Counted from the first letter of the stretch, positions 1 to 11,091 are shown. The stretch: DNA of 64,000 nt from an uncultured Verrucomicrobiae bacterium (GCA_963762565.1 CAVXLD010000005.1:352001-416000); one strand, 5' to 3'. Program-made: numbers and translations. Notes: generated from the letters alone by a model not told the origin.

Positions 1-29
1 AAGCGGCTCCCCTCCAAATTTGGTGGCGT

Positions 30-1070
30 CTATTTCCCCTCAACCCGAATTTGTGCTTTCACACAATCCGGCGGCATGTGTAACGCGAAATTGAACGCGT
101 CCACACTCTCGCGGAATTCAAACGTCCGGCTGATCAACGGCTTTACATCGATCTTACCGGAGCCCATGAGGGCTAATGCCCGCGGATAAACGTGTGCGTA
201 CCGGAACACGGTTTCGACGGACGCTTCTTTTGCACTGAAGGCCACTATATCGATAGGCACCGGCTGGATCGGTAAACCGATAAAAACGATACGGCCGCCA
301 GGACAGAGTGGCTCATGCACGGTCTTGATTGCGGGTGGTGCGCCGCTGGCTTCAAAAACGATGTCTGCACCCCAGCCGTCCGTCAGATCATCAATCACTT
401 CGCGTAGATTCTCATTTGTCAGGTTTATCGGGCGGATGGGTCCCAGTTTCGCGGCCAGATCCAGTTTGGGCTGCAGGACATCCGTCATGACGACCTGGCT
501 ACAGCCGCCCGCGAGAGCTGCCAGCGCTGTCACATTGCCGATCGGTCCTGCTCCCATGACCACGGCCACATCTCCCGGCTTAATCTTAGCCTTTACCGAC
601 GCGTGCATGCCGACCGCTAACGGTTCTACCATTGCACCTTCAGCAAAGCTGACGTTGTCCGGTAGACGAAAGGTGTACGCTGCCGGATGGACCACGAATG
701 GCGTGAGGCACCCATGCACGGGTGGAGTGGCCCAGAATCGAACCGCCGGATCTAGATTGTAGATGCCTAACCGGCTAGCACGGCTGTTTGGGTCCGGTAT
801 ACCCGGTTCCATACAAACCCGGTCGCCGGCCCGTAAGTTTTTCACCTCGTTTCCGATCTCGACCACGGTGCCGGCCGCTTCGTGCCCCAGCACCATCGGT
901 GATTTAACCACAAACGGCCCGATCTGGCCGTATTCGTAATAGTGCACATCACTGCCGCAAATACCGACCGTGTGAATCGCGATCTTTACATCATGCGGTC
1001 CAACGGTAACCGGCAAATCGATTTCTCGCAGAGATAGTTCGCCTTTTCGTTCCAGGACTAAAGCTTCCAT
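30..1070 (-). CDS. Zn-dependent NAD(P) polyol dehydrogenase (xylitol/sorbitol dehydrogenase family)
   Basis: 346-aa ORF with [11 protein letters not shown] Zn-binding motif and GAGPIG Rossmann motif. Confidence 0.9.
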   Translation of the reverse strand: MEALVLERKGELSLREIDLPVTVGPHDVKIAIHTVGICGSDVHYYEYGQIGPFVVKSPMVLGHEAAGTVVEIGNEVKNLRAGDRVCMEPGIPDPNSRASRLGIYNLDPAVRFWATPPVHGCLTPFVVHPAAYTFRLPDNVSFAEGAMVEPLAVGMHASVKAKIKPGDVAVVMGAGPIGNVTALAALAGGCSQVVMTDVLQPKLDLAAKLGPIRPINLTNENLREVIDDLTDGWGADIVFEASGAPPAIKTVHEPLCPGGRIVFIGLPIQPVPIDIVAFSAKEASVETVFRYAHVYPRALALMGSGKIDVKPLISRTFEFRESVDAFNFALHMPPDCVKAQIRVEGK

Positions 1071-1150
1071 AGGGGAGGAGTTTCTTTCGGTAAATTTCTA
1101 AACTCTAGACGATGTCTCGGTGAGGTTCTACCGCTTGATTTGGCGGAGGC

Positions 1151-1650
1151 CGTGGAGCGCTGCCTCGCTTGCGAGGCCGAAAGGGGTCGCCATCCGTGGA
1201 GCGCGCCTCGCTTGCGAGGCCGTGGTGAACAAGGCGATATCGGGAATGGACACGGTTCCTTACCTGCGCTCTGTAACGGCCCGATTTGAGCTGAGGACTG
1301 GATCGCTATCTGGTCTTGCAATCACGATATCTTCCGATCCCGGGTCCGGTGGCTAATTGCCGTACGATAGAGCACTGTACGAGCAGGCGTTTATTTAACT
1401 GTGTCGCCCTGTTTACCACGGCCTCGCAAGCGAGGCACGCTCCACGGGGTGGCGACCCCTTCGGCCTCGCAAGCGAGGCACGCTCCACGGGGTGGCGACC
1501 CCTTCGGCCTCGCAAGCGAGGCACGCTCCACCGGGGTGGCGACCCCTTCGGCCTCGCAAGCGAGGCACGCTCCACCGGGGTGGCGACCCCTTCGGCCTCG
1601 CAAGCGAGGCAGCGCTCCACGGGTGGCGACCCTACGGCCTCGTCAGCGAG
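1151..1650. repeat. REP-type cluster: two REP units on the left arm (1151-1238) facing a tandem array of 5 full plus 1 partial 43-44-nt units (1420-1650) in inverted orientation
   Basis: Unit ggcctcgcaagcgaggcacgctccac(c)ggggtggcgaccccttc starts at 1420, 1463, 1506, 1550, 1594; reverse-complement copies at 1151-1222. Confidence 0.9.
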
Positions 1651-1715
1651 TCAGCGCCCCGGCGGAATCCGCATTGCGAAGCAATACCCAGTCGGGTATT
1701 CTCCTCGCATTCCGC

Positions 1716-3629
1716 ATGAAGTTTGTTCGTGTTAACGTTCGGCTCCCGGGCGTTAGTACGCGAATCGGAGCCGGCAGCCTGATACCAGTGTTTCAGGCTT
1801 ATCATGGTATCACCGAGGCCGAACACCAGGCCTACATCGATAAATGGTCCGCGCAAGGTTACCGGATCATCTCGCTCAGTGTATATGGCGATCCGGATCG
1901 CCCTCTTTACGCTGCGGTTTGGCTACATCGCGCCGGACCGGCATGGCAAGAGGTGCATGGGGTCGATGCGAACGGTTATCAAGCATTTCTCGATACTTGG
2001 ACAGCGAGAGGGTATGCCCCAGTTTTAGTGTCGGCGACTGGGACACTTGGTAATGCCATATTCGCGGCGGTACTCGAACGGGACATAAACGGACCTTGGC
2101 TAGCGCGCCACGGCATGCCGAGCGGATCAGCACAGGTGAGCGGCACCTTTGAGAATGAGAACGCGAAAGCAACCGCAGAGAGAATGATTCTTCAGTCCGT
2201 GGCAGTCTACGGAACTAGAGAGGACCCGCGCTATGCGGCCGTTTGGCGCTCGAACCTGCTCTATGTGAAGTGGCATGTCCATTCGTCGGATTCCGGGGCG
2301 AACTATCAGGTGGTATTCAATGCTGAGACCAGGCTACCGGGGTACGATCTCGCGGCCTATCGTCCGGCTTATATCGCTCTATCTCGTGAGTTGTCCTATT
2401 GCTCAGTCTTCAAGGACGATGTGGTAGGCCCGTGGGTGATGCGCCATGGGATGACCGGGGCAGAGTACCAAGCCGAATTCGATCACCAGGTTGCTAATGG
2501 GTTTTACCCCATTTGTGTGCAAGGCGGCGGATCGACCGCGAACCCTTTCTATGCCGCGATCTTCGCCACCCGAGACACCTCTTTGAGCCGGGAGTGGACG
2601 ATTACCGGGGAAGGAGTTCCGGATCTAGCTGAGCTAGACCAAATAATGCAGCGATTTATGCAAGCGAATGGAGTTCGCGCAGCCCAACTAGCAGTTGGCA
2701 CACGTGGCATAACTCTATTTTCACACGCTTACACCTGGGCCGAGCCTGGATACCGAATTACACAACCTTCCACCAGATTCTTGCTGGCGGGTTGCAGCCG
2801 AATATTCGTCGAGGCCGCGATTCAATCTTTATACAACGACGACAAATTAAAACCTGCTACTCCGGTTTACCCGTTGCTCGGATTCTCTAACCCATTAGAC
2901 CCGCGGAGCGACACGATTACGATACAGCAGCTCTTAGATCAGAACTCGGGGTACGACGATAGCCTGGCCGGTTTCGATCCGACGTATAATATGCGCGCAA
3001 TTGCGTTAGAGCTGGGTCTGAATCATCCGGTAACCAAGCTGGATGTCGCCCGCTACATGTACGGAAGGATGCTGGATTTCACGCCGGGCACGGCACAGAA
3101 AGAATCAAACTATGGTTATCTTTTGGCCGGAGCGGTTGTCGAACGTCTCACTGGTACAGCCTACATAGAATATATAGAAGAACGGTTATTAACACCGGCC
3201 GGAATCAGTGAAGCGAAGATCGTGTCAACGCTACCCTCAGAACGCACGACTGATGATGTAATTATGGAAGATCAAGGGTTGGGCCTGAGCCCGGTTGACT
3301 TCCGCTCGCCGCCTCAAGCGCCCTGTGTATATGGCGGTAACGGACAGATCAATGAGGTAGGAGACGCCAATTATGGGATGGGAGCTTCGGCCCAGGCATT
3401 GACCCAGTTTATTCATCGGTACGCAGTCTGGGGTAACGGCCCTCGATCCCCTGGTTATAGCCGGAGCGGCAGCGGGCCAGGCGCATCGTGTGTGGCATCG
3501 TCCCGAACGGATGAAGTCGATTGGGCCGTTACTATCAACACGCGAGATTGGCCGCCCTCCGCCTCAGTAACGCTGACCGATCTCGGCAATGTGATTGATG
3601 AATCGCTCAATCGAATCACGATTACCTAG
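1716..3629 (+). CDS. N-terminal tandem-repeat (BTRD1-like) plus beta-lactamase/serine-hydrolase-fold protein with degenerate catalytic motifs
   Basis: Repeats of type YHG...YQ...GY.P..VS.Y...YAAVW followed by a beta-lactamase-like domain (TIQQLL, PGT...SNYGY). The ORF-track start at 1401 runs through the REP array; real start is probably ATG 1716 or GTG 1788. Confidence 0.75.
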   Translation: MKFVRVNVRLPGVSTRIGAGSLIPVFQAYHGITEAEHQAYIDKWSAQGYRIISLSVYGDPDRPLYAAVWLHRAGPAWQEVHGVDANGYQAFLDTWTARGYAPVLVSATGTLGNAIFAAVLERDINGPWLARHGMPSGSAQVSGTFENENAKATAERMILQSVAVYGTREDPRYAAVWRSNLLYVKWHVHSSDSGANYQVVFNAETRLPGYDLAAYRPAYIALSRELSYCSVFKDDVVGPWVMRHGMTGAEYQAEFDHQVANGFYPICVQGGGSTANPFYAAIFATRDTSLSREWTITGEGVPDLAELDQIMQRFMQANGVRAAQLAVGTRGITLFSHAYTWAEPGYRITQPSTRFLLAGCSRIFVEAAIQSLYNDDKLKPATPVYPLLGFSNPLDPRSDTITIQQLLDQNSGYDDSLAGFDPTYNMRAIALELGLNHPVTKLDVARYMYGRMLDFTPGTAQKESNYGYLLAGAVVERLTGTAYIEYIEERLLTPAGISEAKIVSTLPSERTTDDVIMEDQGLGLSPVDFRSPPQAPCVYGGNGQINEVGDANYGMGASAQALTQFIHRYAVWGNGPRSPGYSRSGSGPGASCVASSRTDEVDWAVTINTRDWPPSASVTLTDLGNVIDESLNRITIT

Positions 3630-3819
3630 CGGCGCCCTCGAGCCCTTCGCCAGGGGGCGCTGTCTGTCCGCCGGTTCGGGAATTTGAAACGCAGCGCAGG
3701 CTTGCTTGGACAGACCGGATTATGTTAAGCGAAACACCCTGCGTGTCTCATCAAGGTACAGGCACTTCGCAGCATTAGGATCACTGATTCAGGATGATCT
3801 GGAAAAGAAAGAAAAAATT

Positions 3820-5892
3820 ATGCAGCCCTTCTTCACTTTCGCGAGTCGCGCATTACCGACTCAGCTTGCTGCCGGCGCCGCTAAGCTGCGCCGAGTTTGG
3901 ATAGTAATACTAGGCGGATTAGTTTCGCCTGGGATTGCATACGGTGGAACTTTTGCCCAGTTAGCGACAGACGTTTCGCCGTTAGTTGCCCAATCAAAGC
4001 TCATCTCACCAACCGGTCCCAACCAGGAGATCAGTGTCGTTCTTGTTGTGCCGCTGAAGGATGCAAACGGCGCAACCGAATTCGCAGAGCGCGTTTCAAA
4101 GCCAGGCGACGAACTTTTTGGTCAGTTTATTACGCCCGCGGAGTTCGCCGCTCGCTATGGAGCAGGTGAAAGTGATTACAGCTTGGTAAAAAATTGGGCC
4201 AAAGATAATCAATTGAAAATCACCGACGATTCGGTGAGTCGAACTACCCTTACGGTGACAGGCAAAGTGTCGCAGTTTGAAGCGCTGTTTAATGTCCAGC
4301 TCAATAACTACCGATCACCAAACGGTGATGAGTTTTACTCGGCTAGCACTGCACCGATTATTCCGTCCCGGATTGCCGGGCAAATAATGGCAGTGGTCGG
4401 ACTAAGCAGCTCGATTCACTACGCGCCGCTGAGCAAAATCTATCGAAGGCTGGGCGAAAATCCTTTACCCGCAATGAAGGCCGATACTGCCGGAGGAAGC
4501 GGCCCCGGAGGCGCTTTCAATACCGACGACTTGCGCGACGCGTACAACACGCCGGATTTGCACGGCACTGTGCGGCAAAAAGTAGCCGTGTTCGAACAAG
4601 GTGGTTACGCTCAGACCGACATTGACAGGTACATCGCGAATAACCGTTTACCGAACGTTTTAGTTAAGCCTCGTTTGGTTAACGGATACAAAGGCGGAGT
4701 CAACGATCCGAACATTGAACTCGAGGCAGTGCTTGATGTCGACATGATCATGGCCATGAATCGGGCCGTTAACGAAGTGTTAGTTTACGAGGACGGCAAA
4801 GATTCGTTTGACGTAGCCCTGCTGGATGCTCTGGCGGATGTCGCCAGCGACAACGCAGTTCAGACTTTTAGTATCTCGTATGGCCAGGATGAACGCCAGG
4901 CCGGGGCAAAGCGGATGGACGCCGAAAACCAAATATTCGTCCAACTCGCGGCTCAAGGAGTAACTGTGTTTGTCAGTTCCGGAGACAACGGCGCTTACGG
5001 CGATACCGGGATCGGCTATAACGCCAGTGATCCTGGCGCGCAACCACTGATTACCTCCGTCGGAGGCACAACGCTCTTTACCGGGAAAGATGCGTCTTAC
5101 GGTGACGAAGAAGCCTGGAACTTGCTGGTCAGTGGTTTAGGCGCTACCGGAGGTGGAGTCAGTGCTCATTGGACAATCCCTAATTGGCAGCCTCCATCGG
5201 AGGTTACCCCGAACGGAGGATCTGCTACCTACCGCAATTTCCCAGACGTTGCCGCCGTAGGTAACCCGGAGACGGGCGTGGCGGTGTACTCAGCGATCAA
5301 CGGAGGCTGGGTGCAGGTAGGAGGAACCAGCGTAGCTGCTCCGCTTTGGGCGGGTTATATCAGCTTGCTGAACTCAGCTCTACAGACCGTCGGTTTTCCC
5401 CGGCTCGGTTTTTTAAACCCTGCTTTTTATCCATTCGCGAACCAATATTACGGGGAGTATGGAGTCTTGCACGACGTCTTTGACGGCACTAACGGGAATT
5501 CGACCGAGTACCCTGATCTTCCCGGTTATTCTGCAGGACTCGGCTATGATAATTGCACCGGTTGGGGATCGATGAACGGGCAGGGCTTTGCCGCTGCGTG
5601 GCTGCTAACGCCGATCAAGGAAGGACAGAAACCGGGTGAGGCTGGGGGATTGAAAGGAACCGCGCAAACCAACACGGCTAAGCTGTCTTGGGACCCGGCA
5701 AATGGTGCAACCGGATATCTGGTAGAAGCGGATCCACCGAACGACGCGCTGCCGCTTAATTTTGTCTCTAAAGGCACGAGCACCGAAATCACGGGTCTGA
5801 CACCAAGGACAACCTACCGGATCGTCGTGTTCGCGCTGAACGAGAGTGGTAATACGGTGATTAAGAATCAGATTGTGCTGACTACGAAATAA
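3820..5892 (+). CDS. S53 family (sedolisin/kumamolisin) serine peptidase with pro-domain and C-terminal FN3-like domain
   Basis: E-AVL-D, SSGDNG, RNFPDVAA and GGTSVAAP motifs, GYDNCTGWGS Ca loop; C-terminal LSWD...ITGLTPRTTY. Confidence 0.9.
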   Translation: MQPFFTFASRALPTQLAAGAAKLRRVWIVILGGLVSPGIAYGGTFAQLATDVSPLVAQSKLISPTGPNQEISVVLVVPLKDANGATEFAERVSKPGDELFGQFITPAEFAARYGAGESDYSLVKNWAKDNQLKITDDSVSRTTLTVTGKVSQFEALFNVQLNNYRSPNGDEFYSASTAPIIPSRIAGQIMAVVGLSSSIHYAPLSKIYRRLGENPLPAMKADTAGGSGPGGAFNTDDLRDAYNTPDLHGTVRQKVAVFEQGGYAQTDIDRYIANNRLPNVLVKPRLVNGYKGGVNDPNIELEAVLDVDMIMAMNRAVNEVLVYEDGKDSFDVALLDALADVASDNAVQTFSISYGQDERQAGAKRMDAENQIFVQLAAQGVTVFVSSGDNGAYGDTGIGYNASDPGAQPLITSVGGTTLFTGKDASYGDEEAWNLLVSGLGATGGGVSAHWTIPNWQPPSEVTPNGGSATYRNFPDVAAVGNPETGVAVYSAINGGWVQVGGTSVAAPLWAGYISLLNSALQTVGFPRLGFLNPAFYPFANQYYGEYGVLHDVFDGTNGNSTEYPDLPGYSAGLGYDNCTGWGSMNGQGFAAAWLLTPIKEGQKPGEAGGLKGTAQTNTAKLSWDPANGATGYLVEADPPNDALPLNFVSKGTSTEITGLTPRTTYRIVVFALNESGNTVIKNQIVLTTK

Positions 5893-6001
5893 CAATCACT
5901 GCGCTGAATGGCGGGAATACCGAGGTATACACAGGAACAGTTAGCGCCGTCGCCCGCGACGCTTCACCCGGACCAGAGCCTGAAACCCACGCACTGACTG
6001 G

Positions 6002-6568
6002 TCACACATGCAACCGATAAAAAAGCAGCCCGACATAGAAAAGGAAAAGCAATGCGCTGACGGGTGCTAGTATTTTATGAAACCATTCCCACCGTAGGAT
6101 GATCGCGGCGATAGCGATGAGTCCAAAAGCGGATTGAAAATCTAGGTCGAGCGGGCGGGGGAGACGATTATAGAGAGCCAGCTCCTTCGCCAAGCTAAAG
6201 ACGACACTGCTGAGCAGCGCGCTGAAGAACCAGTGCCGATGAGCGAAATAATGTTCCCGCAGATCGACAATCGCGTCTCCTTTCGGGTCGGGCAGGACTA
6301 AGGCTGCGATCATATAAACGCTGACCGCCTGCAAAACGATAACTAGGAGCCCCAAGAAATTCCAGGTCGCCTGCTGATGCATGCTGAAAGCCGCCCACCA
6401 ACCCTGGATCGCCACCAGAAGAGCCATCCCGGTCCAAATCACGGTCGGCGTGTAAAGCTTCACCTTCTTCCTAGTCAAGATCAGACCGCGCACCCCCTGT
6501 AAGACCTGCGCGATAGCTAATCCCAGGATGATCGAGATCAGGACCGACAGATAGTTGAAGGACTCCAT
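6002..6568 (-). CDS. Hypothetical multi-pass membrane protein
   Basis: 188-aa ORF with ~5-6 hydrophobic helices. Confidence 0.7.
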   Translation of the reverse strand: MESFNYLSVLISIILGLAIAQVLQGVRGLILTRKKVKLYTPTVIWTGMALLVAIQGWWAAFSMHQQATWNFLGLLVIVLQAVSVYMIAALVLPDPKGDAIVDLREHYFAHRHWFFSALLSSVVFSLAKELALYNRLPRPLDLDFQSAFGLIAIAAIILRWEWFHKILAPVSALLFLFYVGLLFYRLHV

Positions 6569-6588
6569 AGTAGGAAGTTAACACTGCA

Positions 6589-6615
6589 TGTGGAGCGTGC
6601 CTCGCTTGCGAGGCC
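6589..6615 (+). repeat. Solo REP of the GTGGAGCG(T/C)GCCTCGCTTGCGAGGCC family
   Basis: Same sequence as the 1151-1650 units; further copies at ~43100-43125 and (interrupted) 45384-45439. Confidence 0.8.
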
Positions 6616-6737
6616 GACCCTTAGCGTGCCGCTACACTTGCAGCCTTAATTATCTCAGCCAAGCCTAAAAGCAATCGAAGCGAGGGTCAGCTTTTTGCTC
6701 GATTATGGGACTTTCCGCGCTGCTGGGCCTAGGCGCT

Positions 6738-7050
6738 TAATCGTCCTTCAATCCCGCGGCGCGTTTGGCTTCCTCAATAGCGGTCTCTTTTTTACCGAGA
6801 AGTGCATCGACTATTAACAGGAATCGTCGAACCGGCAAATTGTCCGTCGTCCTCGCCACCATTCATCTGTTCGATCAGTGCCGAGGCTTGCTGCCAGTCC
6901 CGCTCCCACAACGCAATGTTAAGACGGCAAGTTAGAACTCCCCGATCCTCTGCCATTGAGGCCGGAAGGGCGGCAAGCGTCGAACGCAGCGCTGTATCGT
7001 CTGCACTGTTCATGCCGAGATCTACTCAGATGAACACTTCCGACAAGTGA
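6738..7050 (-). pseudogene. Remnant of a TPR-like helical-repeat protein
   Basis: Two frames give ALAALPASMAEDRG...ALWERDWQQA...GGEDDG and LLIVDALLGKKETAIEEAKRA; no intact gene. Confidence 0.5.
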
Positions 7051-7135
7051 GAATTTTTAGGAGTCCGAACTTGCTGCCTCTGCTGTCCGAGATTCGGTTG
7101 GAAAGGCCCGGAATAAACGTGGCATAATCGGCCGC

Positions 7136-7522
7136 ATGGAACCTGATACGGCCGGCGCCAGTAACGGTCTTCGTCTTTTCAGCAAACTTCTGGGAGTCGG
7201 CTATCTGCTTAACGCAGCCTTAATCCTGTATATCGGCATTGCTCGATCAATTTTGATCTTCAATGCTATGGCCGCGCACGCGTCGGAGCTAAACCCATTG
7301 GTGATGGTGCCGTCCATTTCCTTCGTGATAATTTGCCTTTTATTTGTGGCCGGCTTAACCGCATTGAGCCTCCGTTTATTCGCCGGCAAACAGGGTTGGC
7401 CGACATGGACTCTAGCCGTCCTTTTCTTGATGAGTATCCCGATTGGGACAGTCCTCGGGATTTTGACCATCGTCTGGCTGATCCTTTCACGGCGAGCTGA
7501 GCGACAACCAGCCAGCGGCTAG
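7136..7522 (+). CDS. Hypothetical membrane protein
   Basis: 128-aa ORF with 3-4 TM segments and PIGTVLGI motif; extended -10 (TGGCATAAT) 7 nt before the ATG. Confidence 0.7.
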   Translation: MEPDTAGASNGLRLFSKLLGVGYLLNAALILYIGIARSILIFNAMAAHASELNPLVMVPSISFVIICLLFVAGLTALSLRLFAGKQGWPTWTLAVLFLMSIPIGTVLGILTIVWLILSRRAERQPASG

Positions 7523-7576
7523 AAGACAGAAAGAATAGCCGCAAAAGAACGCAAAAAAAGACGCCCTAAAACCCAG

Positions 7577-7722
7577 TCTCTCACAAAGCCACAAAGACAC
7601 AAAGAAAGGCGAAGATTGACGCTGCGTCTTGCCGAGGCCTGCTAACGCTCGTTCCCCTCGACCCCGCTCGCTAAACTTTTGGGCCGGGCTGGTCCTTCGT
7701 GTATTTGTGCCTTTGTGTGAGA
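7577..7722. mobile_element. MITE-like element with inverted CACAAAG-repeat arms
   Basis: 7577-7604 versus reverse complement of 7695-7722: 24/28 identical. Confidence 0.65.
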
Positions 7723-7777
7723 TGATATCCGGCGGCTGACGGGGAGGTACGCTCCACGATGTGTCCAATCACCATAC

Positions 7778-8617
7778 TCACCTCTCCCGTTTCACGCGTG
7801 TCACCAACTGGGTTGGGTCGACTACGCGCAGAGCGATCACCAGCGGGATCAGGGCAGTCACCATATAGATAACGGCCATGGCGTCGATCGATTGGCCGGC
7901 TCGAACGCCGGCTGCGAACACTGTGTAATATAAGGCCACAACGAGTGTCTGACTATCCGGACCCGCGGTCAAAAAGGTTAGTTCGAACATACCGATCGTG
8001 CGCACTAGAACCAGGAGACCGGCGGCAAGGATACCGGGTGCAAGTAGCGGCACAAGAACGTGCCTAAAAAGGCGTAGTGTGCCCGCGCCAAAAACCCGAG
8101 CGGCAGCTTCCAGCTTCGGATCGATCTGTTCAATAAACGGTGTCATCACCAAGATAACAAATGGCACCGCAGGGACGAGGTTGCCTAGAATGACACCGGT
8201 GATAGTGCCACCCAGATGCAAGCTGTAGAGCAAGGTCGCCAGCGGGATCCCGTAGGTCATGGGCGGAACCAGTAATGGTAAAACAAAAATCAAAAGGGTG
8301 ATTCGTTTAAATCGAAAATTTCGGCGCGCCAAAGCGTAAGCAGCAGGGACACCGAGCAGAAGTGAAATTGCTACCACCGCAAACACGACCTCGACAGTAA
8401 CCGTCAATACACTATCTAGCTGGAACTCGCTCCACGCTGTCGAATACCACCGCAAAGTGAACCCGCTCGGCAACCACGTGCCCAGCCAGGTAGTAGCAAA
8501 AGAATTAACCACCACCACGGCGATTACGGCGAGAACGTTGAGAACAAAAAACCCGATCGCAACCCAGACTAGGAGGCGGGGGAGGTGATTGGTGAGTGGT
8601 GATTGGTGATTGGTCAT
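7778..8617 (-). CDS. ABC transporter permease (PotC/CysW-like)
   Basis: EAAARVFGA EAA motif and TM helices; N-terminal MTNHQSPLTNH is encoded by heptamer repeats. Confidence 0.9.
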   Translation of the reverse strand: MTNHQSPLTNHLPRLLVWVAIGFFVLNVLAVIAVVVVNSFATTWLGTWLPSGFTLRWYSTAWSEFQLDSVLTVTVEVVFAVVAISLLLGVPAAYALARRNFRFKRITLLIFVLPLLVPPMTYGIPLATLLYSLHLGGTITGVILGNLVPAVPFVILVMTPFIEQIDPKLEAAARVFGAGTLRLFRHVLVPLLAPGILAAGLLVLVRTIGMFELTFLTAGPDSQTLVVALYYTVFAAGVRAGQSIDAMAVIYMVTALIPLVIALRVVDPTQLVTRVKRER

Positions 8618-8896
8618 AACGCCTGGGGTTTCGCCCTACGCAATTTGCTAGGCTCCTCGCGAGGCTTCTTTGGCGGATTGTGTGCGGGCGAAATAGCCGG
8701 GGAGGGATCGCGTCCTCGTCCGGCAGCCGCCGGATTGTTACCGAAGTCGAGGATGTCTGGGGATCGGCGAGGAGTTCACCTGTTGTTTGTCGTTCGCTGT
8801 TCACGTGCGCCCTCACCAATCACCGCGGAAACGCGGCATTGAGCTTTCTACCTGGCCCTTTGCATGTCCAATCACTAATCACTTATCACCTCTCAC
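8584..8896. repeat. Element with inverted GGTGATT / AATCAC(T/C) heptamer arms, containing a partial GGAG-REP
   Basis: ggtgatt-type x4 at 8584-8617; caatcac taatcac ttatcac ctctcac at 8868-8896. Confidence 0.75.
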
Positions 8897-8898
8897 GG

Positions 8899-9780
8899 TT
8901 AACCTTTGGCGCCTCCCGTCGGTCCTCGATAAAACAGACCGCGGAGACCGAGAACTAACACCACCACTACGAGCTGTACACCCGCCATGATGATCGCAAT
9001 CGCCGAAGCCATGGAATAATCGTAGTCCTCAAATGCAGCCTGATAAGCTGCGATCGAAATCACTCGAGTAGGGCCGGCGGGTGCACCCAGCAAGACCGCA
9101 GACGGGAACACCGAAAAGGCTTGCACAAAGGAAAGGCAAAACGCGATGGCTAATCCGGGAATGAGCAGCGGCAGGTAAACATGGATAAATTGTTTGCCCG
9201 GACTCGCTCCGAGTGTGGCGGCGGCCTGTGGCAGCGCAGGATCGATTCCAGTCAGGTAGCTCAGGATCAGGAGGTAAGCGAAGGGAAATCCACTGAGAAC
9301 GAGTGATAGAAACACGCCCCAATAATTGTGAGTCAGGTGGACCGGAGAGGTCGACAAATGTAGCAATATCAGGATTCGGCTTAGCCAACCTTGCGGACCC
9401 AGGTAGAGCAGAAGACCCTCAGCGATCAGTACAGTTCCCAACGTAATGGGGACTACCAGGACGGTTGTCAGTGTCCGCTGGAACGGATGCCGTCGGGTAA
9501 CAAACGCAATTGGCAACGCTAACCCGACGTTGATGAACGTTGTCGGCAATGATAGCCATAGCGTCGTCCAGATTGTCTCTCGCTGAAACGCCGTTGAGAA
9601 GAATTTTTGGTAGTTCTCGAAGCCGGCTCCCTGGTGGGTCGACAACGAGAGCACAAGGCCGAATAAGAATGGACATAGAAAGAGCGCCACGACCAGGAGC
9701 AGAGCGGGTGCTACCAACAACGCGACCCGATCTTGACGGTTCACCGTTCCAGCGACCTGCCTGTCGCGTTGATTGTTCAC
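8899..9780 (-). CDS. ABC transporter permease (PotB-like)
   Basis: QAAATLGAS EAA-like motif and TM helices. Confidence 0.9.
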   Translation of the reverse strand: MNNQRDRQVAGTVNRQDRVALLVAPALLLVVALFLCPFLFGLVLSLSTHQGAGFENYQKFFSTAFQRETIWTTLWLSLPTTFINVGLALPIAFVTRRHPFQRTLTTVLVVPITLGTVLIAEGLLLYLGPQGWLSRILILLHLSTSPVHLTHNYWGVFLSLVLSGFPFAYLLILSYLTGIDPALPQAAATLGASPGKQFIHVYLPLLIPGLAIAFCLSFVQAFSVFPSAVLLGAPAGPTRVISIAAYQAAFEDYDYSMASAIAIIMAGVQLVVVVLVLGLRGLFYRGPTGGAKG

Positions 9781-9936
9781 GCTTGCGCCGCCTCGCTGTC
9801 AGATTGAATGCGGGCCCATCGCCGGGAGGGATCGCAGCCTGTCCGACATAGTGTCTCTCTGGATTTTTTTCTCACGTCGGATCCTCGCGATCCGTCTTTA
9901 TTGCGATAGTCTGCGGAGGCGGATTCGAAGCGTTTG

Positions 9937-11091
9937 TCATTCGGGAGGAAAAACGAGCACGCGCTCCGCCGGTATCGCCAAACGCAGCCTCTCGCCTGCG
10001 ACCACGCGTTTCTGAGTTCGTACGTGCAGTAGAAGCCCGGCAGACGTCACAACATCGACCAGATAATCGCGTCCACAGTACTCGACGATCTCCGCTTGAC
10101 CCGACAACACGTTTCCTACGTCGACTGACCCCTGGCTCATCTCGGGTGCGTCCACCTGAACGTCATCGGGTCGGATGGCAGCAACGGCCCGGCCGGTCGT
10201 GAGCGGCTCCTGGGCAACGCCTTCGAGCCGCATACCGGGCCCGGTCAGTGAAACTCGATTCTCTAGAATCCGGTCGACTTCAAGATCGAGGATGTTCCGA
10301 TAGCCCATAAACCGCGCGACTTTCAGATTCGCGGGTCTGGTATAGAGCTCTTCCGGTGCATCGATCTGCAGTGTCCGGCCCTCGTTCATCACGACTATTC
10401 GGTCGGCCAGTGACAACGCTTCATCCTGATCGTGCGTGACATAGATAGTGGTCCGCTGCAAATCGCGATGGATACGCTTAATCTCGGCGCGCATCTCCAG
10501 GCGTAATTTGGCGTCGAGATTAGATAGAGGTTCGTCCATGAGAATAAGTGGCGGCTCGATCACGATGGCGCGGGCGATGGCAACCCGTTGTTGTTGGCCG
10601 CCCGAAAGCCGGCCCGGTAACTTATCTGCGTGCGCTTGCAGTTGAACCAGCTCCAGTGCAGCATCGACTCGGCCACGGATTTCCTTTTTTGGAAATCCCC
10701 GCATCATGAGTCCAAAAGCAACATTCCGGCGCACAGTCAGATGCGGAAAGAGGGCGTAATTCTGGAAAACCATTCCGAAACCGCGCCGTTCAGGAGGCAA
10801 TTCATCAATCCGCTGCTGGTCCAGCCAAATGCTTCCGCCTGTCAACGGCAACAACCCCGCCACGCAATTCAGCGCGGTCGATTTGCCGCAGCCCGAGGGG
10901 CCGAGTAAGGCGATAAACTCGCCTGCTTGAATCGTCAGATCCATCCCGGCTAGAGCAACCGCGCTCCCGAAATGCCGGCTCACCCGCTGAAGACAGAGCT
11001 GTTTAAAGGTTTGCGGCCGACCTTCGCCAAGCCATTCTTTCCGGTTAGCGTTCGGCGTTTGGCGTTCGGCGTTCGGCGATGCAGAGGACAT
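9937..11091 (-). CDS. ABC transporter ATP-binding protein (PotA/CysA-like)
   Basis: [30 protein letters not shown] at 11091 preferred. Confidence 0.92.
   Translation of the reverse strand: MSSASPNAERQTPNANRKEWLGEGRPQTFKQLCLQRVSRHFGSAVALAGMDLTIQAGEFIALLGPSGCGKSTALNCVAGLLPLTGGSIWLDQQRIDELPPERRGFGMVFQNYALFPHLTVRRNVAFGLMMRGFPKKEIRGRVDAALELVQLQAHADKLPGRLSGGQQQRVAIARAIVIEPPLILMDEPLSNLDAKLRLEMRAEIKRIHRDLQRTTIYVTHDQDEALSLADRIVVMNEGRTLQIDAPEELYTRPANLKVARFMGYRNILDLEVDRILENRVSLTGPGMRLEGVAQEPLTTGRAVAAIRPDDVQVDAPEMSQGSVDVGNVLSGQAEIVEYCGRDYLVDVVTSAGLLLHVRTQKRVVAGERLRLAIPAERVLVFPPE

Noticed and set aside
1420..1650. CRISPR array
   Set aside because: Intervening sequences are identical rather than unique spacers, units are REP-like and recur as solos elsewhere, and no cas genes are present
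1401..1715. N-terminal extension of the 742-aa ORF and overlapping short ORFs at 1058-1735
   Set aside because: Translations simply read through the GC-rich repeat array
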